Shown: positions 46,111-56,119, counted from the first letter of the stretch. The stretch: 64,000 nt of DNA from Candidatus Fervidifonticultor secundus (GCA_031459385.1 JAVKIP010000001.1:128001-192000), one strand, 5' to 3'. Program-made: numbers and translations. The notes: generated by a model not told the origin, from the letters alone.

Positions 46111-47853
46111 TCAGGATGCCGCGCGCGTCAGCCGTTCCCGGTACATCCTGAGCAGTTCGCGGACGGTGGTGGCGTCGGTGGGGCCCTTGTCCTCCCGAAC
46201 GCGCACGAACCGCGGGAACCGGATCGCGAGCCCGGCCGCCGGGCGCACCGCGGCCCAGCCCGCGGTGTGGACCGGGCTCACCGTGATCTCCGCGCCGATC
46301 ACCTCGAACACGAGTGCCGGCTCGATCCACCGGTCGGGGATCAGGCGGCTCTCCACGCGCGGCGGCCGCGCGGTCCGGGTGTGCGGCTCGAGCAGGCCTG
46401 GCAGCGCGTGCAGGAACTCGTCGGTGAACCCCGAACCGAGCTTGCAGACCGTCGGGAACACCTCGGCGTCCGCATCGTACGCGGCCATCAGGAGCGCGCC
46501 ATACGTGCCGGCCCGCCGGCCGCGGCCGTGGAACGCCCCGACCACCACCAGGTCGACGGCGTCGGTCATCGCGCTGCGGTACTCGCGTTTGAGCTTGATC
46601 CACAACCAGCCGCGGGCGCCGGCCTGGTAGACGCCGCCGGCGGCCTTGCAGATCAGGCCCTCGCAACCGTCGGCCACCGCTTGCTGGAAGAACGCCTCGA
46701 GGTCCTCCACCGACGTCACCTCGCGTCCGGTCGCCAGGCGGAAGCGGTCGTCGGGTACGATGGCCCGCTCGAGCTGCCGGCGCCGCTCGGCGTACGGTTG
46801 CGCCGTCAGATCGCGTCCGTCGGTGTAGAGCAGGTCGAATGCGTACAGCGCCGCGGGCAGCGCGGCCATCGCCTCCTCCACGCCGTACTTGCGGCGGCGG
46901 CGCATCAGGTCCTGGAACGGCCGCAGGTCGCCGGTGTCGGGATCGACCGCGACGACCTCGCCTTCCAGGATGGCGTCTTTCGCCGTGACGTGGCGGCGGA
47001 CCAGGGCAGTGACGTCGGGGTACTGGGCCGTGATGCGCTCCAGTCGCCGCGAGTAGAGCTCGACGCGCGCGCCCTGCTTGTGGATTTGGAGCCGCTCGCC
47101 GTCGTACTTGTACTCGGCTGCGCAGCGGCCGCCCAGCTTGGCCAGGATCGCGGCGGGATCGGCCAGCCGCTCGGCCAGCATGGGCCGAATCGGCTTGCCG
47201 ATCACCACGTGGACCCTGCGGATCGCGGCCAGCCCGCCGCGCGCCACCGTGACTGCCACGTAGCCGAGGTCGGAGGTGAGGTTATAGGCGCGCTCCAGCT
47301 CCCTGCGCGCGGCGCGCCCGCCGGCGAAGACGTCCGCCAGCGCGTCCAGCACGGTCATGTCGCCCACGCCCAGGCGCAGCGTGCCGGTGACGGTGCGCAC
47401 CAGGTACCGGGCCTCCAGGGGCGTGGCCCGGCGCAGCAGTCCGGCGACGGCAGCGAGCTTGGCGGCCTGCGCGCCCTTCCCGGTGGCGCGCGCAGCCGCC
47501 TCCAGCGTCTTGTGAACGTGCTCCACCGTCAGCGCCGGCCGGACCGGCCGCGTCCGCTCGAGCAGCGCTTCCGCCACGGTTCCGAGGTCGCCGGCGCGCG
47601 CCAGCCGCCGTGCGACGTCCTCGGGCGGCACGCCGGCAGCCTGCGCGACGGCGCGTACGGCCAGCTTCTCGGCCACGCCGATCTCGATGCCCGCAAAACC
47701 TGGCGCGAGCTGGCCCTGCGTGAGGTAGACGATCCGGTCGAGTGCGCGCGCGGGCGCGGCACGGAACAGGTCGGCCAGCAGCGCCGTCATTGCCAGGCGT
47801 GACGTGGTGGCCTCGATGCGGGCGTAGGCTTCGGCCAGCTGCCGGTAGCGCAC
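46111..47853 (-). CDS. lig: ATP-dependent DNA ligase, full-length archaeal/LigB-type
   Basis: GTG start with GGGAGG SD; N-terminal DNA-binding domain, EYKYDGER (motif I), EG..CK, YQAGARGWLWIKLKREY, RFPRF.R.R.DK. Confidence 0.93.
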   Translation of the reverse strand: MRYRQLAEAYARIEATTSRLAMTALLADLFRAAPARALDRIVYLTQGQLAPGFAGIEIGVAEKLAVRAVAQAAGVPPEDVARRLARAGDLGTVAEALLERTRPVRPALTVEHVHKTLEAAARATGKGAQAAKLAAVAGLLRRATPLEARYLVRTVTGTLRLGVGDMTVLDALADVFAGGRAARRELERAYNLTSDLGYVAVTVARGGLAAIRRVHVVIGKPIRPMLAERLADPAAILAKLGGRCAAEYKYDGERLQIHKQGARVELYSRRLERITAQYPDVTALVRRHVTAKDAILEGEVVAVDPDTGDLRPFQDLMRRRRKYGVEEAMAALPAALYAFDLLYTDGRDLTAQPYAERRRQLERAIVPDDRFRLATGREVTSVEDLEAFFQQAVADGCEGLICKAAGGVYQAGARGWLWIKLKREYRSAMTDAVDLVVVGAFHGRGRRAGTYGALLMAAYDADAEVFPTVCKLGSGFTDEFLHALPGLLEPHTRTARPPRVESRLIPDRWIEPALVFEVIGAEITVSPVHTAGWAAVRPAAGLAIRFPRFVRVREDKGPTDATTVRELLRMYRERLTRAAS

Positions 47854-48006
47854 GGCACGTCCTCCCTGCGTCGGAAGTTCAGGCACGCGCGGCAGGAACC
47901 CTGCCGCCGAGAGACAGGAAGAGTTTGCCGGCAAAACCGGATAGACCGGCCCGGCGACCGCTCCCTATGATGGTGAAAGGCGCACGGGGAGGCAGGGTGA
48001 GGTGGG

Positions 48007-49167
48007 ATGGCGATGACCGACGACGAGCGCTGGCGGCACGTGCAGGCCCGCAACGGGGCAGCCGACGGGCGCTTCGTCTTCGCGGTGCGCACCACGGGCG
48101 TCTACTGCCGCCCGTCGTGCCCGGCGCGACGGCCCCGGCGGGCGCACGTGCAGTTCTTCGCCACGCCGGCGGCAGCCGCGCAGGCCGGGTTCCAGCCGTG
48201 CCGGCGGTGCCGGCCCCACGAGGCGGTCGCTGCGGCCGTGCCCCCATGGGTACAGCAGGTGTGCCGGCGGCTCGTCGAGGCTCCCGACGACGTGGCGCTG
48301 GCTGTGCTGGCAGCGGAGGTCGGCCTCGGTCCGCGGCGCCTGGCGCGGGTGTTCCGATGCGTGGTGGGCCTCACGCCGCGCCAGTTCGCCGACGCCGTCC
48401 GGATCGGGCGGCTCCGGCAGAGCCTGCGCGACGGGCAGCGCGTGACCTCCGCGCTGTACGACGCGGGCTTCGGGGCCAGCAGCCGTCTCTACGAGCGCGC
48501 GGCGGCGCTGCTCGGCATGAGCCCGGGAGCCTACCGTCGGGGCGCGCCCGGCATGCGCATTCGATGCACGACCGTGGCCTCCCCGCTGGGCCGTCTGCTG
48601 ATCGCCGCCACCGATCGGGGGCTGTGCGCGGTGCGGGTGGGAGACGACGACGCCGCGCTGATGCGCGGGGTGGCCCGGGAGTTTCCGCAGGCCCAGATCG
48701 TACGCGACGATGCGGGGCTGCGCCGGTGGGCCGGCGCACTCCTGCAGTACCTGCGCGGCTGGCAGCCGCACGTGGACCTGCCCCTCGACATCCGGGGCAC
48801 GGCGTTCCAGTGGCGGGTGTGGCGCGCGCTGCAGCGCATCGGGTACGGGCAGACCCGCACCTACGGGCAGATCGCGCGCGCCCTGGGCGACCCGCAGGCC
48901 GCCCGCGCCGTGGCTCGCGCGTGCGCCGCGAATCCGGTGGCCCTGGTCATCCCCTGCCATCGCGTGGTGCGCGGCGACGGCGGGCTCGGCGGGTATCGCT
49001 GGGGCGTACGGCGCAAGCGGTGGCTGCTCGCCCGCGAGGCCGCCGGCGGCGGCCGCGGCCGGCGGCGTGCGCGCAGGACTTTCCCGCGCGGCCGCGGTAG
49101 TGAACACGACGGCTCGTCATCCTGCGTCGAGGAGTCCTCATGGAGACCCGGACCGCCGCCGCCCTGA
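48007..49167 (+). CDS. ada: Bifunctional Ada: methylphosphotriester repair/AraC regulator and O6-methylguanine methyltransferase
   Basis: TTGVYCRPSC, PCRRC, AraC-type HTH, GT.FQ..VW, PCHRV. Confidence 0.93.
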   Translation: MAMTDDERWRHVQARNGAADGRFVFAVRTTGVYCRPSCPARRPRRAHVQFFATPAAAAQAGFQPCRRCRPHEAVAAAVPPWVQQVCRRLVEAPDDVALAVLAAEVGLGPRRLARVFRCVVGLTPRQFADAVRIGRLRQSLRDGQRVTSALYDAGFGASSRLYERAAALLGMSPGAYRRGAPGMRIRCTTVASPLGRLLIAATDRGLCAVRVGDDDAALMRGVAREFPQAQIVRDDAGLRRWAGALLQYLRGWQPHVDLPLDIRGTAFQWRVWRALQRIGYGQTRTYGQIARALGDPQAARAVARACAANPVALVIPCHRVVRGDGGLGGYRWGVRRKRWLLAREAAGGGRGRRRARRTFPRGRGSEHDGSSSCVEESSWRPGPPPP

Positions 49168-50477
49168 TCCAGGCCGATCAGGCGCATGTCATCCACCCCC
49201 TGCACCATCCGACCGACCACGCGCCGCCGCTCGTCTTCGTCGAAGGGCAGGGCGCGGTGCTGCGCGATGCCGAGGGTCGCGAGTTCATCGACGGTCTGGC
49301 GTCACTGTGGAACGTCAACGCGGGGCACGGCCGCGCCGAGCTGGCGGAGGCCGCGGCGGCCCAGATGCGTCGGCTCGCGTTCGCCTCGGCCTACGTGGGG
49401 TTCACCAACGAGCCTGCGGTGCGGCTGGCCGAGCGGCTGCTCCGCCTGGCCTATCCCAACCTCTCGGGCGTCTACTTCACCACGGCGGGTGCCGAGTCCA
49501 ACGAAGCTGCCTTCAAGGCCGCGCGCTACTACTGGAAGCGGCGGGGCCTGCCCGCCAAGACCAAGGTCATCGCGCGCATCCACGCCTACCACGGCGTCAC
49601 CCTGGCCGCCATGAGCGCCACCGGCATGGCGTCGTACCACAAGATGTTCGCACCCACGGTCCCGGGCTTCGTGCACATCCTGCCCTCGTACCCTTACCGC
49701 TACCCGGGGTCGATGGCCGACGCCCTGGAGGAGGCGATCCAGCGCGAGGGGCCCGACACGGTGGCGGCGTTCATCGCGGAGCCGGTCATGGGCGCGGGTG
49801 GGGTGATCCCACCGGCGCCCGACTACTTCCCCCGGATCCGCGAGATCTGCGATCGCTACCAGGTGCTCTTCATCGCCGATGAGGTGATCACCGGCTTCGG
49901 GCGGACCGGCCGCTGGTTCGCGCTGGGGCACTGGGGCGTACAGCCCGACCTCGTGAGCTTCGCCAAGGGTGTGACCAGCGCGTACCTGCCGCTGGGCGGC
50001 ATCATGGTCTCGCGGGAGATCCACCGGGCGATCCTGGAGGCGCCACCGGCGGAACGCTTCATGCACGCGGCGACCTACTCGGGCCATCCCGTGTGCTGCG
50101 CCGTCGGGCTGCGCAACCTGGAGCTCTTGGAGCGCGAGGGACTGGTGGAGCGCGCGGCGGCGCTGGGGCGTCGGCTGCTGGCCGGGCTCGAGACCCTGCG
50201 CGAGTTCCCCGTCGTTGGCGACGTGCGCGGGCTCGGGCTCATGGCCGGCGTCGAGCTGGTCCAGGATCGGGCGGCCAAGACCCCTGCCGTCGGGCTCGGC
50301 GCGCGCGTGCTGGCCGAGGCCCGCACCCGGGGCCTGGTGACCCGCGTGCGGCCCGGGCAGGCAGGCGACTACCCGATCGGGGACACGATCTGCCTGGCGC
50401 CGCCGCTGGTGATCACCGAGGCCCAGGTGGACCGGATCGTGGAGATCCTGCGGGCGTCCATCCGCGCGGTGATCTGA
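49140..50477 (+). CDS. Class III PLP-dependent aminotransferase
   Basis: YHG.T, FIAEP..GAGG, DEVITGFGRTG, FAKG.TS.Y.PLG. Confidence 0.93.
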   Translation: METRTAAALIQADQAHVIHPLHHPTDHAPPLVFVEGQGAVLRDAEGREFIDGLASLWNVNAGHGRAELAEAAAAQMRRLAFASAYVGFTNEPAVRLAERLLRLAYPNLSGVYFTTAGAESNEAAFKAARYYWKRRGLPAKTKVIARIHAYHGVTLAAMSATGMASYHKMFAPTVPGFVHILPSYPYRYPGSMADALEEAIQREGPDTVAAFIAEPVMGAGGVIPPAPDYFPRIREICDRYQVLFIADEVITGFGRTGRWFALGHWGVQPDLVSFAKGVTSAYLPLGGIMVSREIHRAILEAPPAERFMHAATYSGHPVCCAVGLRNLELLEREGLVERAAALGRRLLAGLETLREFPVVGDVRGLGLMAGVELVQDRAAKTPAVGLGARVLAEARTRGLVTRVRPGQAGDYPIGDTICLAPPLVITEAQVDRIVEILRASIRAVI

Positions 50478-50655
50478 CGGCCCGCGTCAGCCGACGGCCA
50501 CCGCCCGCGGCGCGCACGAGACGCCTTCCAGCAGCGGGCCCAGGTGGAACGCGGCGGCAGGATACGGTCGGCGTCCCTGGGCGATCGCCTCGAGGCACCT
50601 CGTCGACGTCTTCGATCCGGCAGCCCTACCGGGCCCGATCACGAGCGGACACCGG

Positions 50656-51354
50656 TCAGCCTCCGCAGGCATCGGCCGCGCGGGCCTCGCGGGCAGCACG
50701 CCGGGCCTGGCGCAGGGGCTCGGGCGCGAGCGCAGGGCCGGTGGCGGCCAGCGTCACCGCGGCGGCTACCTCGGGGTCGGTGCGCCAGGCCGCGTGCACG
50801 GCCAGCGGCCTCACGCCGGGGTGGACGCGCACCCAGTAGCCCACGTGCTCGCCGTCCTGCACCAGCGGGCTGCGCGCACCCGGCGCGTCCGCCGGGAGGG
50901 CGCCGGACGCCACCAGCGGCCGGCTGGTCACGCCGATCGTCGGCAGGTCGAGCCGCGCGCCCAGGTGCACCGCCAGCCCGGCGCGCCGTGGGTGGTCGCG
51001 GCCGGTGGCGTTGACTAGCAGGACCTCGGGCCGCGCGGGCAGCCCGCGCACTGCGGCTTCGAGCAGCGGTCCCTCGCGCAGCGCCAGCAGGCCAGGGGCG
51101 TACGGCGCACCGGCGGCGCCGCGGACCTGCGCGACCGCGCGCAGCCGGCCGTCGACGAGCAGAGCTGCGGCGGCCCATCCAGGATCGCCGGCCGCACCGG
51201 CGCCGACCTTGTGGCGGGCAAAACAGATGAAGCAGCCGGCGACGACCCGTACCCTACCGGCTGGCGCCCAGGGCGCGGGCGCCGCGCGCCCCAGCTGCTC
51301 CTGCAGGGCGATCAACGCCTCGGGCGTCGTGGGCCAGGGCTCGTCCTGGTGCAT
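50656..51354 (-). CDS. nfi: Endonuclease V-like protein with substituted catalytic residues
   Basis: PY.PGLLALREGP, HPRRAGLA.HLG, PTIGV, PEPLR.A motifs; expected acidic metal ligands altered. Confidence 0.78.
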   Translation of the reverse strand: MHQDEPWPTTPEALIALQEQLGRAAPAPWAPAGRVRVVAGCFICFARHKVGAGAAGDPGWAAAALLVDGRLRAVAQVRGAAGAPYAPGLLALREGPLLEAAVRGLPARPEVLLVNATGRDHPRRAGLAVHLGARLDLPTIGVTSRPLVASGALPADAPGARSPLVQDGEHVGYWVRVHPGVRPLAVHAAWRTDPEVAAAVTLAATGPALAPEPLRQARRAAREARAADACGG

Positions 51355-51460
51355 GGCGCGTGCACCGGCGCGTCAGTCAGGAGGAGGATGTTGCGCCCGC
51401 GATCCTCAACCCCACAGTAGCCGACGGGCAGCGCGGGCGGAAGGGGCATACCGGGGAGCC

Positions 51461-52294
51461 ATGGTGCGGGTGGGCTGCTGTGGGTTCGCGCGACGTCTCG
51501 ACGCGTACGCCCGGGAGCTCGACGTCGTCGAGGTGCAGCAGACGTTCTACCGACTGCCCCGGCTGCAGACCGTCGAACGCTGGCGCGCCCGCGTGCCGGC
51601 GTCGTTCGAGTTCACCCTGAAGGCTTGGCAGCTCATCACCCATCCGCCGACCAGCCCGACGTACCGGCGTCTGGGGCGCGTCATTCCCCGGGGCCGGTGG
51701 GACCGGTACGGGTTCTTCGCGCCCAGCGACGAGGTGGCCGAGGCGTGGGCCCAGACGCTGGCCGTCGCCCGGGCGTTGCGCGCGTCCGTCGTGCTCTTCC
51801 AGTGTCCGGCTAGCTTTGCGCCCACGCGCGCCCACGTCGTCCGTCTCCGGCGGTTCTTCCGGGCTGTGCCCCGCGGCGGCCTGACGTTGGCGTGGGAGCC
51901 GCGCGGCGACTGGCCGCCCGACCTGGTGGCCCGGCTGTGCCGCGACCTCGACCTGATCCACTGCGTGGACCCGCTGGCCGATACGAGCCGCCACGGCCGA
52001 CCGCACTACTTCCGGCTGCACGGGCGCACCGGCTACCGCTACCGGCACACCGACGACGACCTGGCGGCCATCGCCGCCGCCTGCCGCGGGCCAGCATACG
52101 TCCTGTTCAACACCATCGCCATGTGGGACGACGCGCTGCGCTTCCGGCGGCTCGTGTCCCCGGCGGCGCCACCTGGGGGCGGCGGATCGCGGTCCGGCGC
52201 GGCGCGCGGCGGGAGGGTTGTGGATCGTGAATCGGCGATCGGGGACAACGGGCTGCGGTCGCGCGGCAGGAGGTCGCGGCCCAGCGGGAAATGA
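51461..52294 (+). CDS. DUF72 (UPF0759) TIM-barrel protein
   Basis: VGCCG, VEVQQTFY, F.FTLKAWQ.ITH, LFQ.P.SF, WEPRG, YFRLHG, Y.LFN. Confidence 0.9.
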   Translation: MVRVGCCGFARRLDAYARELDVVEVQQTFYRLPRLQTVERWRARVPASFEFTLKAWQLITHPPTSPTYRRLGRVIPRGRWDRYGFFAPSDEVAEAWAQTLAVARALRASVVLFQCPASFAPTRAHVVRLRRFFRAVPRGGLTLAWEPRGDWPPDLVARLCRDLDLIHCVDPLADTSRHGRPHYFRLHGRTGYRYRHTDDDLAAIAAACRGPAYVLFNTIAMWDDALRFRRLVSPAAPPGGGGSRSGAARGGRVVDRESAIGDNGLRSRGRRSRPSGK

Positions 52295-52334
52295 CTGGCG
52301 ACGTGGGATCACGGCATGCCCCGGGAGGAGATCG

Positions 52335-53246
52335 ATGAGCAGGAGCGGGCGGCAGTGGTGGGGTCTGGTGGGCGTCGCGGCGGTGCTCGCGCTGGCCGGG
52401 GGAACGGCCCAGGCGCCAGCCGCGCCGATCGCGGGCATCACGGTGAGCGGCGTGGGGTTCCAGACGCCGGAGTCGGTGCTGTACGACCCCGTTGCAGACA
52501 CCTATCTGGTCTCCAACATCAACGGCAATCCCACGGCGGCGGACGACAACGGATTCATCTCGCGCGTGCTGCCCTCGGGCAGGGTCGTGGCGCTCAAGTG
52601 GATCGACGGGGCTGCGGCGGACGTGACGCTGCACGCCCCGAAGGGCATGGCGATCGTGGGAGACACGCTCTATGTCACCGATATCACCGTGGTGCGTACG
52701 TTCGACCGCCGGACCGGCAAGGCGAAGGGTGCGATCGAGGTGGCGGGCGCGACGTTCATGAACGACCTGGCCGCGGGCCGTGGCGGCGCGGTCTACGCCA
52801 CCGACAGCGGGCTCAAGCCCGACTTCAGCCCCTCGGGCACCGATGCGGTCTACCGGATCGACGCCACGGGGAAGGTGACCGCCGTGGCCCGGGCCACCGC
52901 GCTCAACCATCCCAACGGCGTGGCGGTGCGCGCCGACGGCACGCTGGTCGTCGTGACGTTCAGCGAGAAGGGCGACATGTACACGATCTCGCCCGCGGGC
53001 ATCCGGCGGGCGCTGCCAGCGCCGCCCAAGGGGCAGCTGGACGGCGTGGAGCTACTGCCGGGCGGCGCGATGCTGGTTTCCAGTTGGGCAGGGTCGGCCG
53101 TGTACCGGATCGATGCCAGGGGCACGGCGACGGTGGCCGTCGCCAACGTGGCGTCGCCAGCCGATATCGGCTACGACCGCAGGCGCGGGCGCGTGCTGAT
53201 TCCGCTCTTCATGAAGAACGCCGTGGTGATCCAGACCGTGCGGTAG
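52335..53246 (+). CDS. Exported SMP-30/gluconolactonase-like beta-propeller protein
   Basis: Signal peptide; TPESV, PKGM, F.ND, PNG, LDG, PADI blade motifs. Confidence 0.82.
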   Translation: MSRSGRQWWGLVGVAAVLALAGGTAQAPAAPIAGITVSGVGFQTPESVLYDPVADTYLVSNINGNPTAADDNGFISRVLPSGRVVALKWIDGAAADVTLHAPKGMAIVGDTLYVTDITVVRTFDRRTGKAKGAIEVAGATFMNDLAAGRGGAVYATDSGLKPDFSPSGTDAVYRIDATGKVTAVARATALNHPNGVAVRADGTLVVVTFSEKGDMYTISPAGIRRALPAPPKGQLDGVELLPGGAMLVSSWAGSAVYRIDARGTATVAVANVASPADIGYDRRRGRVLIPLFMKNAVVIQTVR

Positions 53247-53251
53247 CGCCG

Positions 53252-54043
53252 TCAGAGCCGCAGCGCCTGGCGCACGAGCAGCTGCGTGTAGGGGTGCCGC
53301 GGCGCCGCGAACAGGTCGGGCGTCGGGCCGGAGTCGACGATCTCGCCGCTGCGCATGACGTAGACGTGGTCGGTCCAGTGCGCCACCAGGCCCAGGCTGT
53401 GGGTGATCAACAGGAGCCCCATGCCCAGGTCGCGCTGGAGGCGGCGCAGCAGGTCGAGGATCTGCGCCTGCACCGTCACGTCCAGGCCCGAGGTGGGCTC
53501 GTCGGCGATCAGGACCGAAGGGCCTGGCGCAATCGCCGCGGCGATCAACACGCGCTGGCGCTGCCCACCGGAGAGGTGGTGAGGGTAGCGCGCAAACACC
53601 TCGGCCGGCAGGCCGACCTGGCGCATCACCTCCAGGGCGCGCTCGCGGGCGCCGCGCCTGCCGTGGTGCACGACGACGCCTTCCATGATTTGCTCGCCGA
53701 CGGGGAGCACGGGGTTCAGCGCCGCTCCGGGTTCCTGGAAGACCATCGCCACGCGCCGGCCGCGGTAGCGTGTGAGCGCCGCCTCGGGCAGCGCCGTCAG
53801 GTCCACGTCACCCAGCAGGACGCGGCCGGCGGTGATGATCGCGGCGTCGGTCGGGAAGAGCCGCAGCACCGCGCAGGCCGTCATGGTCTTGCCGGCGCCC
53901 GACTCGCCCACCAGCCCGACGCTGCGCCCGGCGAAAACCGTCAGCGACACACCCCGCACCACAGCCTGCGTGCCGCCGGCACGACGGATCTCGACCGTCA
54001 GGCCGTCGATGCGGAGATCTGCCGGCTCGTGCCAGGTGGTCAC
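53252..54043 (-). CDS. Peptide-type ABC ATP-binding protein (DppD-like), stand-alone
   Basis: GESGAGKT, LSGGQRQR, IADEPT..LDVTVQAQIL, P.HPYT. Confidence 0.9.
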   Translation of the reverse strand: MTTWHEPADLRIDGLTVEIRRAGGTQAVVRGVSLTVFAGRSVGLVGESGAGKTMTACAVLRLFPTDAAIITAGRVLLGDVDLTALPEAALTRYRGRRVAMVFQEPGAALNPVLPVGEQIMEGVVVHHGRRGARERALEVMRQVGLPAEVFARYPHHLSGGQRQRVLIAAAIAPGPSVLIADEPTSGLDVTVQAQILDLLRRLQRDLGMGLLLITHSLGLVAHWTDHVYVMRSGEIVDSGPTPDLFAAPRHPYTQLLVRQALRL

Positions 54044-54066
54044 GCGTTCCCTCCCCGTCCTCGTCT

Positions 54067-55263
54067 GTGAACGCGTCCGCCGCGCCCGGACGTTCCCGGC
54101 GCGCCGCCCCGTTGCTGCGGGGAGCGTTCGCGCGGCTGTGGGCCGTGGTCCTGCTGGTTTCGTTCGCGTTCCACCTGGTCACGGCCAGCCTGCCCTTCTA
54201 TGCCACGCGCCTGGGCGCCGACGAGGCCGTCGTCGGCCTGCTGATCGGGCTGATCGCGGCCGTCGCCCTGATCTCGCGGCCCCTGGCCGGCCTGTGGATC
54301 GACGCCGGCGCCGGTGCGGCAGCGCTGGTGACGGGCCTGGTGCTCTATGCGCTGTGCGCGCTGGGCTACTGGCTGGCGCCGTCGGTACCGGCGCTGCTCG
54401 GCTTCCGCGCCCTGACCGGCGTCGCCGTGGGATTCTACGGCACCGCGAGCCAGGCGCTGACCGTGGCCCTGGTGCCGGTGGCGCGCCGGGCCGAGGCCCT
54501 GAGCCTGTATGCGGCGGCCGTCGGCATCGCGCAGGGCCTCGCCCCGAGCGCGGGGATCGCGCTGGCCGCCGCGGCCGGGTTCCCCGCGCTCTTCGTGACG
54601 TGCGCGGGGGTGAGCACCGCGGGCGCAGTGCTGGCGTGGCCCCTGCGCCGGGTGTCGGCGCGGCCCCAGGCCGGCGCCGTGCGGCGGATCTTCCACCGGG
54701 GCGTGGTCGTGCCGGGACTGCTGCTGGTCGCCCTGCACGTGACCTTTGGCGCCAACATCGCGCTGCTTCCGCTGCACGCGGGCCGGCGGGGCCTGCCCAA
54801 CCCCGGGCTGGTCCTGGTGACGCACGCGCTAGGCCTGTTCGCAGCGCAGGCCATCGCGGGCCGCGCCTCCGACCGGCTCGGCCGCATCGCGGTCATCGCG
54901 CCGGCCCTGGCGCTGGCTGCCGCCGGCATGTGGACGACGGCGCTGGTCGGCGGCTGGGCGCTGCTGGCGGCCGCGGCGCTCTCAGGGATGGCGCTGGGCG
55001 CCGGCCAGCCATCGATCGTCGCCCTGGGTGCGGACCTGGTGCGCGAGGAGGAGCGCGGCGCCGCGCTGGGGACGATGGGCATCTTCCACGAGATCGGCAT
55101 CGTGGCGGGCGCGGTCGGCGGGGGCATCGCGGGGCGCGCCCTCGGGTTGCCGGCGATGTTCGCGCTGGTGGGTGTCGTCCCGGCGGTAGCAGCGGTGCTG
55201 GCGGTGCGCCGCCCTGCCCCCGGTTCGTCTAGCCCCCGAGCGCCTGCCGCAAGCGGTCCATGA
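54067..55263 (+). CDS. MFS transporter
   Basis: About 12 hydrophobic segments, GRASDRLGR motif. Confidence 0.88.
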   Translation: MNASAAPGRSRRAAPLLRGAFARLWAVVLLVSFAFHLVTASLPFYATRLGADEAVVGLLIGLIAAVALISRPLAGLWIDAGAGAAALVTGLVLYALCALGYWLAPSVPALLGFRALTGVAVGFYGTASQALTVALVPVARRAEALSLYAAAVGIAQGLAPSAGIALAAAAGFPALFVTCAGVSTAGAVLAWPLRRVSARPQAGAVRRIFHRGVVVPGLLLVALHVTFGANIALLPLHAGRRGLPNPGLVLVTHALGLFAAQAIAGRASDRLGRIAVIAPALALAAAGMWTTALVGGWALLAAAALSGMALGAGQPSIVALGADLVREEERGAALGTMGIFHEIGIVAGAVGGGIAGRALGLPAMFALVGVVPAVAAVLAVRRPAPGSSSPRAPAASGP

Positions 55264-56116
55264 GCCGCAGCTGCTCGAGCGGCGCCACCCCGAACCGGTT
55301 CATGTCGAAGAAGACCTCGGCCACACTCCACGACTGCAGGCGCGCAAGATCCTCGACGACCTGCGCGTGACTGCCCGAGAGCGGCGGTCGCGGGTCGGGC
55401 TGGGGCGATGTGCTCACCGTTGTGTTCGCCCGGACGATGACGGGCAGCCGCGAGGCGTCCCGGCCGGTGGCCGCAGCGGCAGCCCGAAACCCGTCGATGG
55501 CGCGCTGCAGGTTCTCCCAGGCGGCCGCCACGGGGTTGAATCCGTCGCCGATACGGCCGGCCCGCGCCACGGCTGCGGGCTCGCGGGCGGCGACGATGAC
55601 GGGTGGGCCGCCGGCCTGCAGGGGTTTGGGGCCGATCTCGGCGTCGGGGATCTGGTAGACGCGCCCCGAAAAGCGCACGGGATCGGGGCCCCACGCAGCG
55701 CGCATCGCGGCGATGAACTCCTCGAAGCCGCGCCCGCGCCGGCGCATCGGCACGCCGACCGTCCGGAACTCTTCGGGTGCGTACCCCTGGCCGAGGCCGG
55801 CGATGACGCGGCCGCCGCTGAGGTGGTCGAGGGTGGCGAAGCGCCGCGCGATCACCACCGGCGCGTGCAGCGGCGCAATGATGATGCTGGTGCCCAGGCG
55901 AATGCGCGTGGTCTGTGCGGCGACCCACGCCAGCACCTCCAGCGGGTCGTACGCCACCGCGTAGGATGCCGGCATCGTCGAGCCTGTGGGGCGGAGCTGG
56001 CGCTCCAGCACCCACAGCGTCGCGTACCCGCGCTGCTCTGCCTCCCGCGCCACCTGGGCGATGGCTGCCGGCGTAGCGTGGGGCCCGTGAGTGGGCAGCG
56101 CAATGCCGAACTGCAT
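55229..56116 (-). CDS. LLM-class (probably F420-dependent) oxidoreductase
   Basis: T.RIRLGT, ATLD.LSGGR...GLG.G...EEF, PKP.Q...PP. Confidence 0.87.
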   Translation of the reverse strand: MQFGIALPTHGPHATPAAIAQVAREAEQRGYATLWVLERQLRPTGSTMPASYAVAYDPLEVLAWVAAQTTRIRLGTSIIIAPLHAPVVIARRFATLDHLSGGRVIAGLGQGYAPEEFRTVGVPMRRRGRGFEEFIAAMRAAWGPDPVRFSGRVYQIPDAEIGPKPLQAGGPPVIVAAREPAAVARAGRIGDGFNPVAAAWENLQRAIDGFRAAAAATGRDASRLPVIVRANTTVSTSPQPDPRPPLSGSHAQVVEDLARLQSWSVAEVFFDMNRFGVAPLEQLRLMDRLRQALGG

Positions 56117-56119
56117 CTC

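Noticed and set aside
49040..49167. Low-complexity C-terminal tails on Ada (also the TauT permease and DUF72) as extra domains
   Set aside because: They look like read-through into GC-rich intergenic DNA or minor indels, with no motif support.
52218..52260. Weak 7-nt periodicity (TGGATCG TGAATCG GCGATCG)
   Set aside because: Only three degenerate units inside the DUF72 tail, too short to call a repeat. It is not CRISPR-like.
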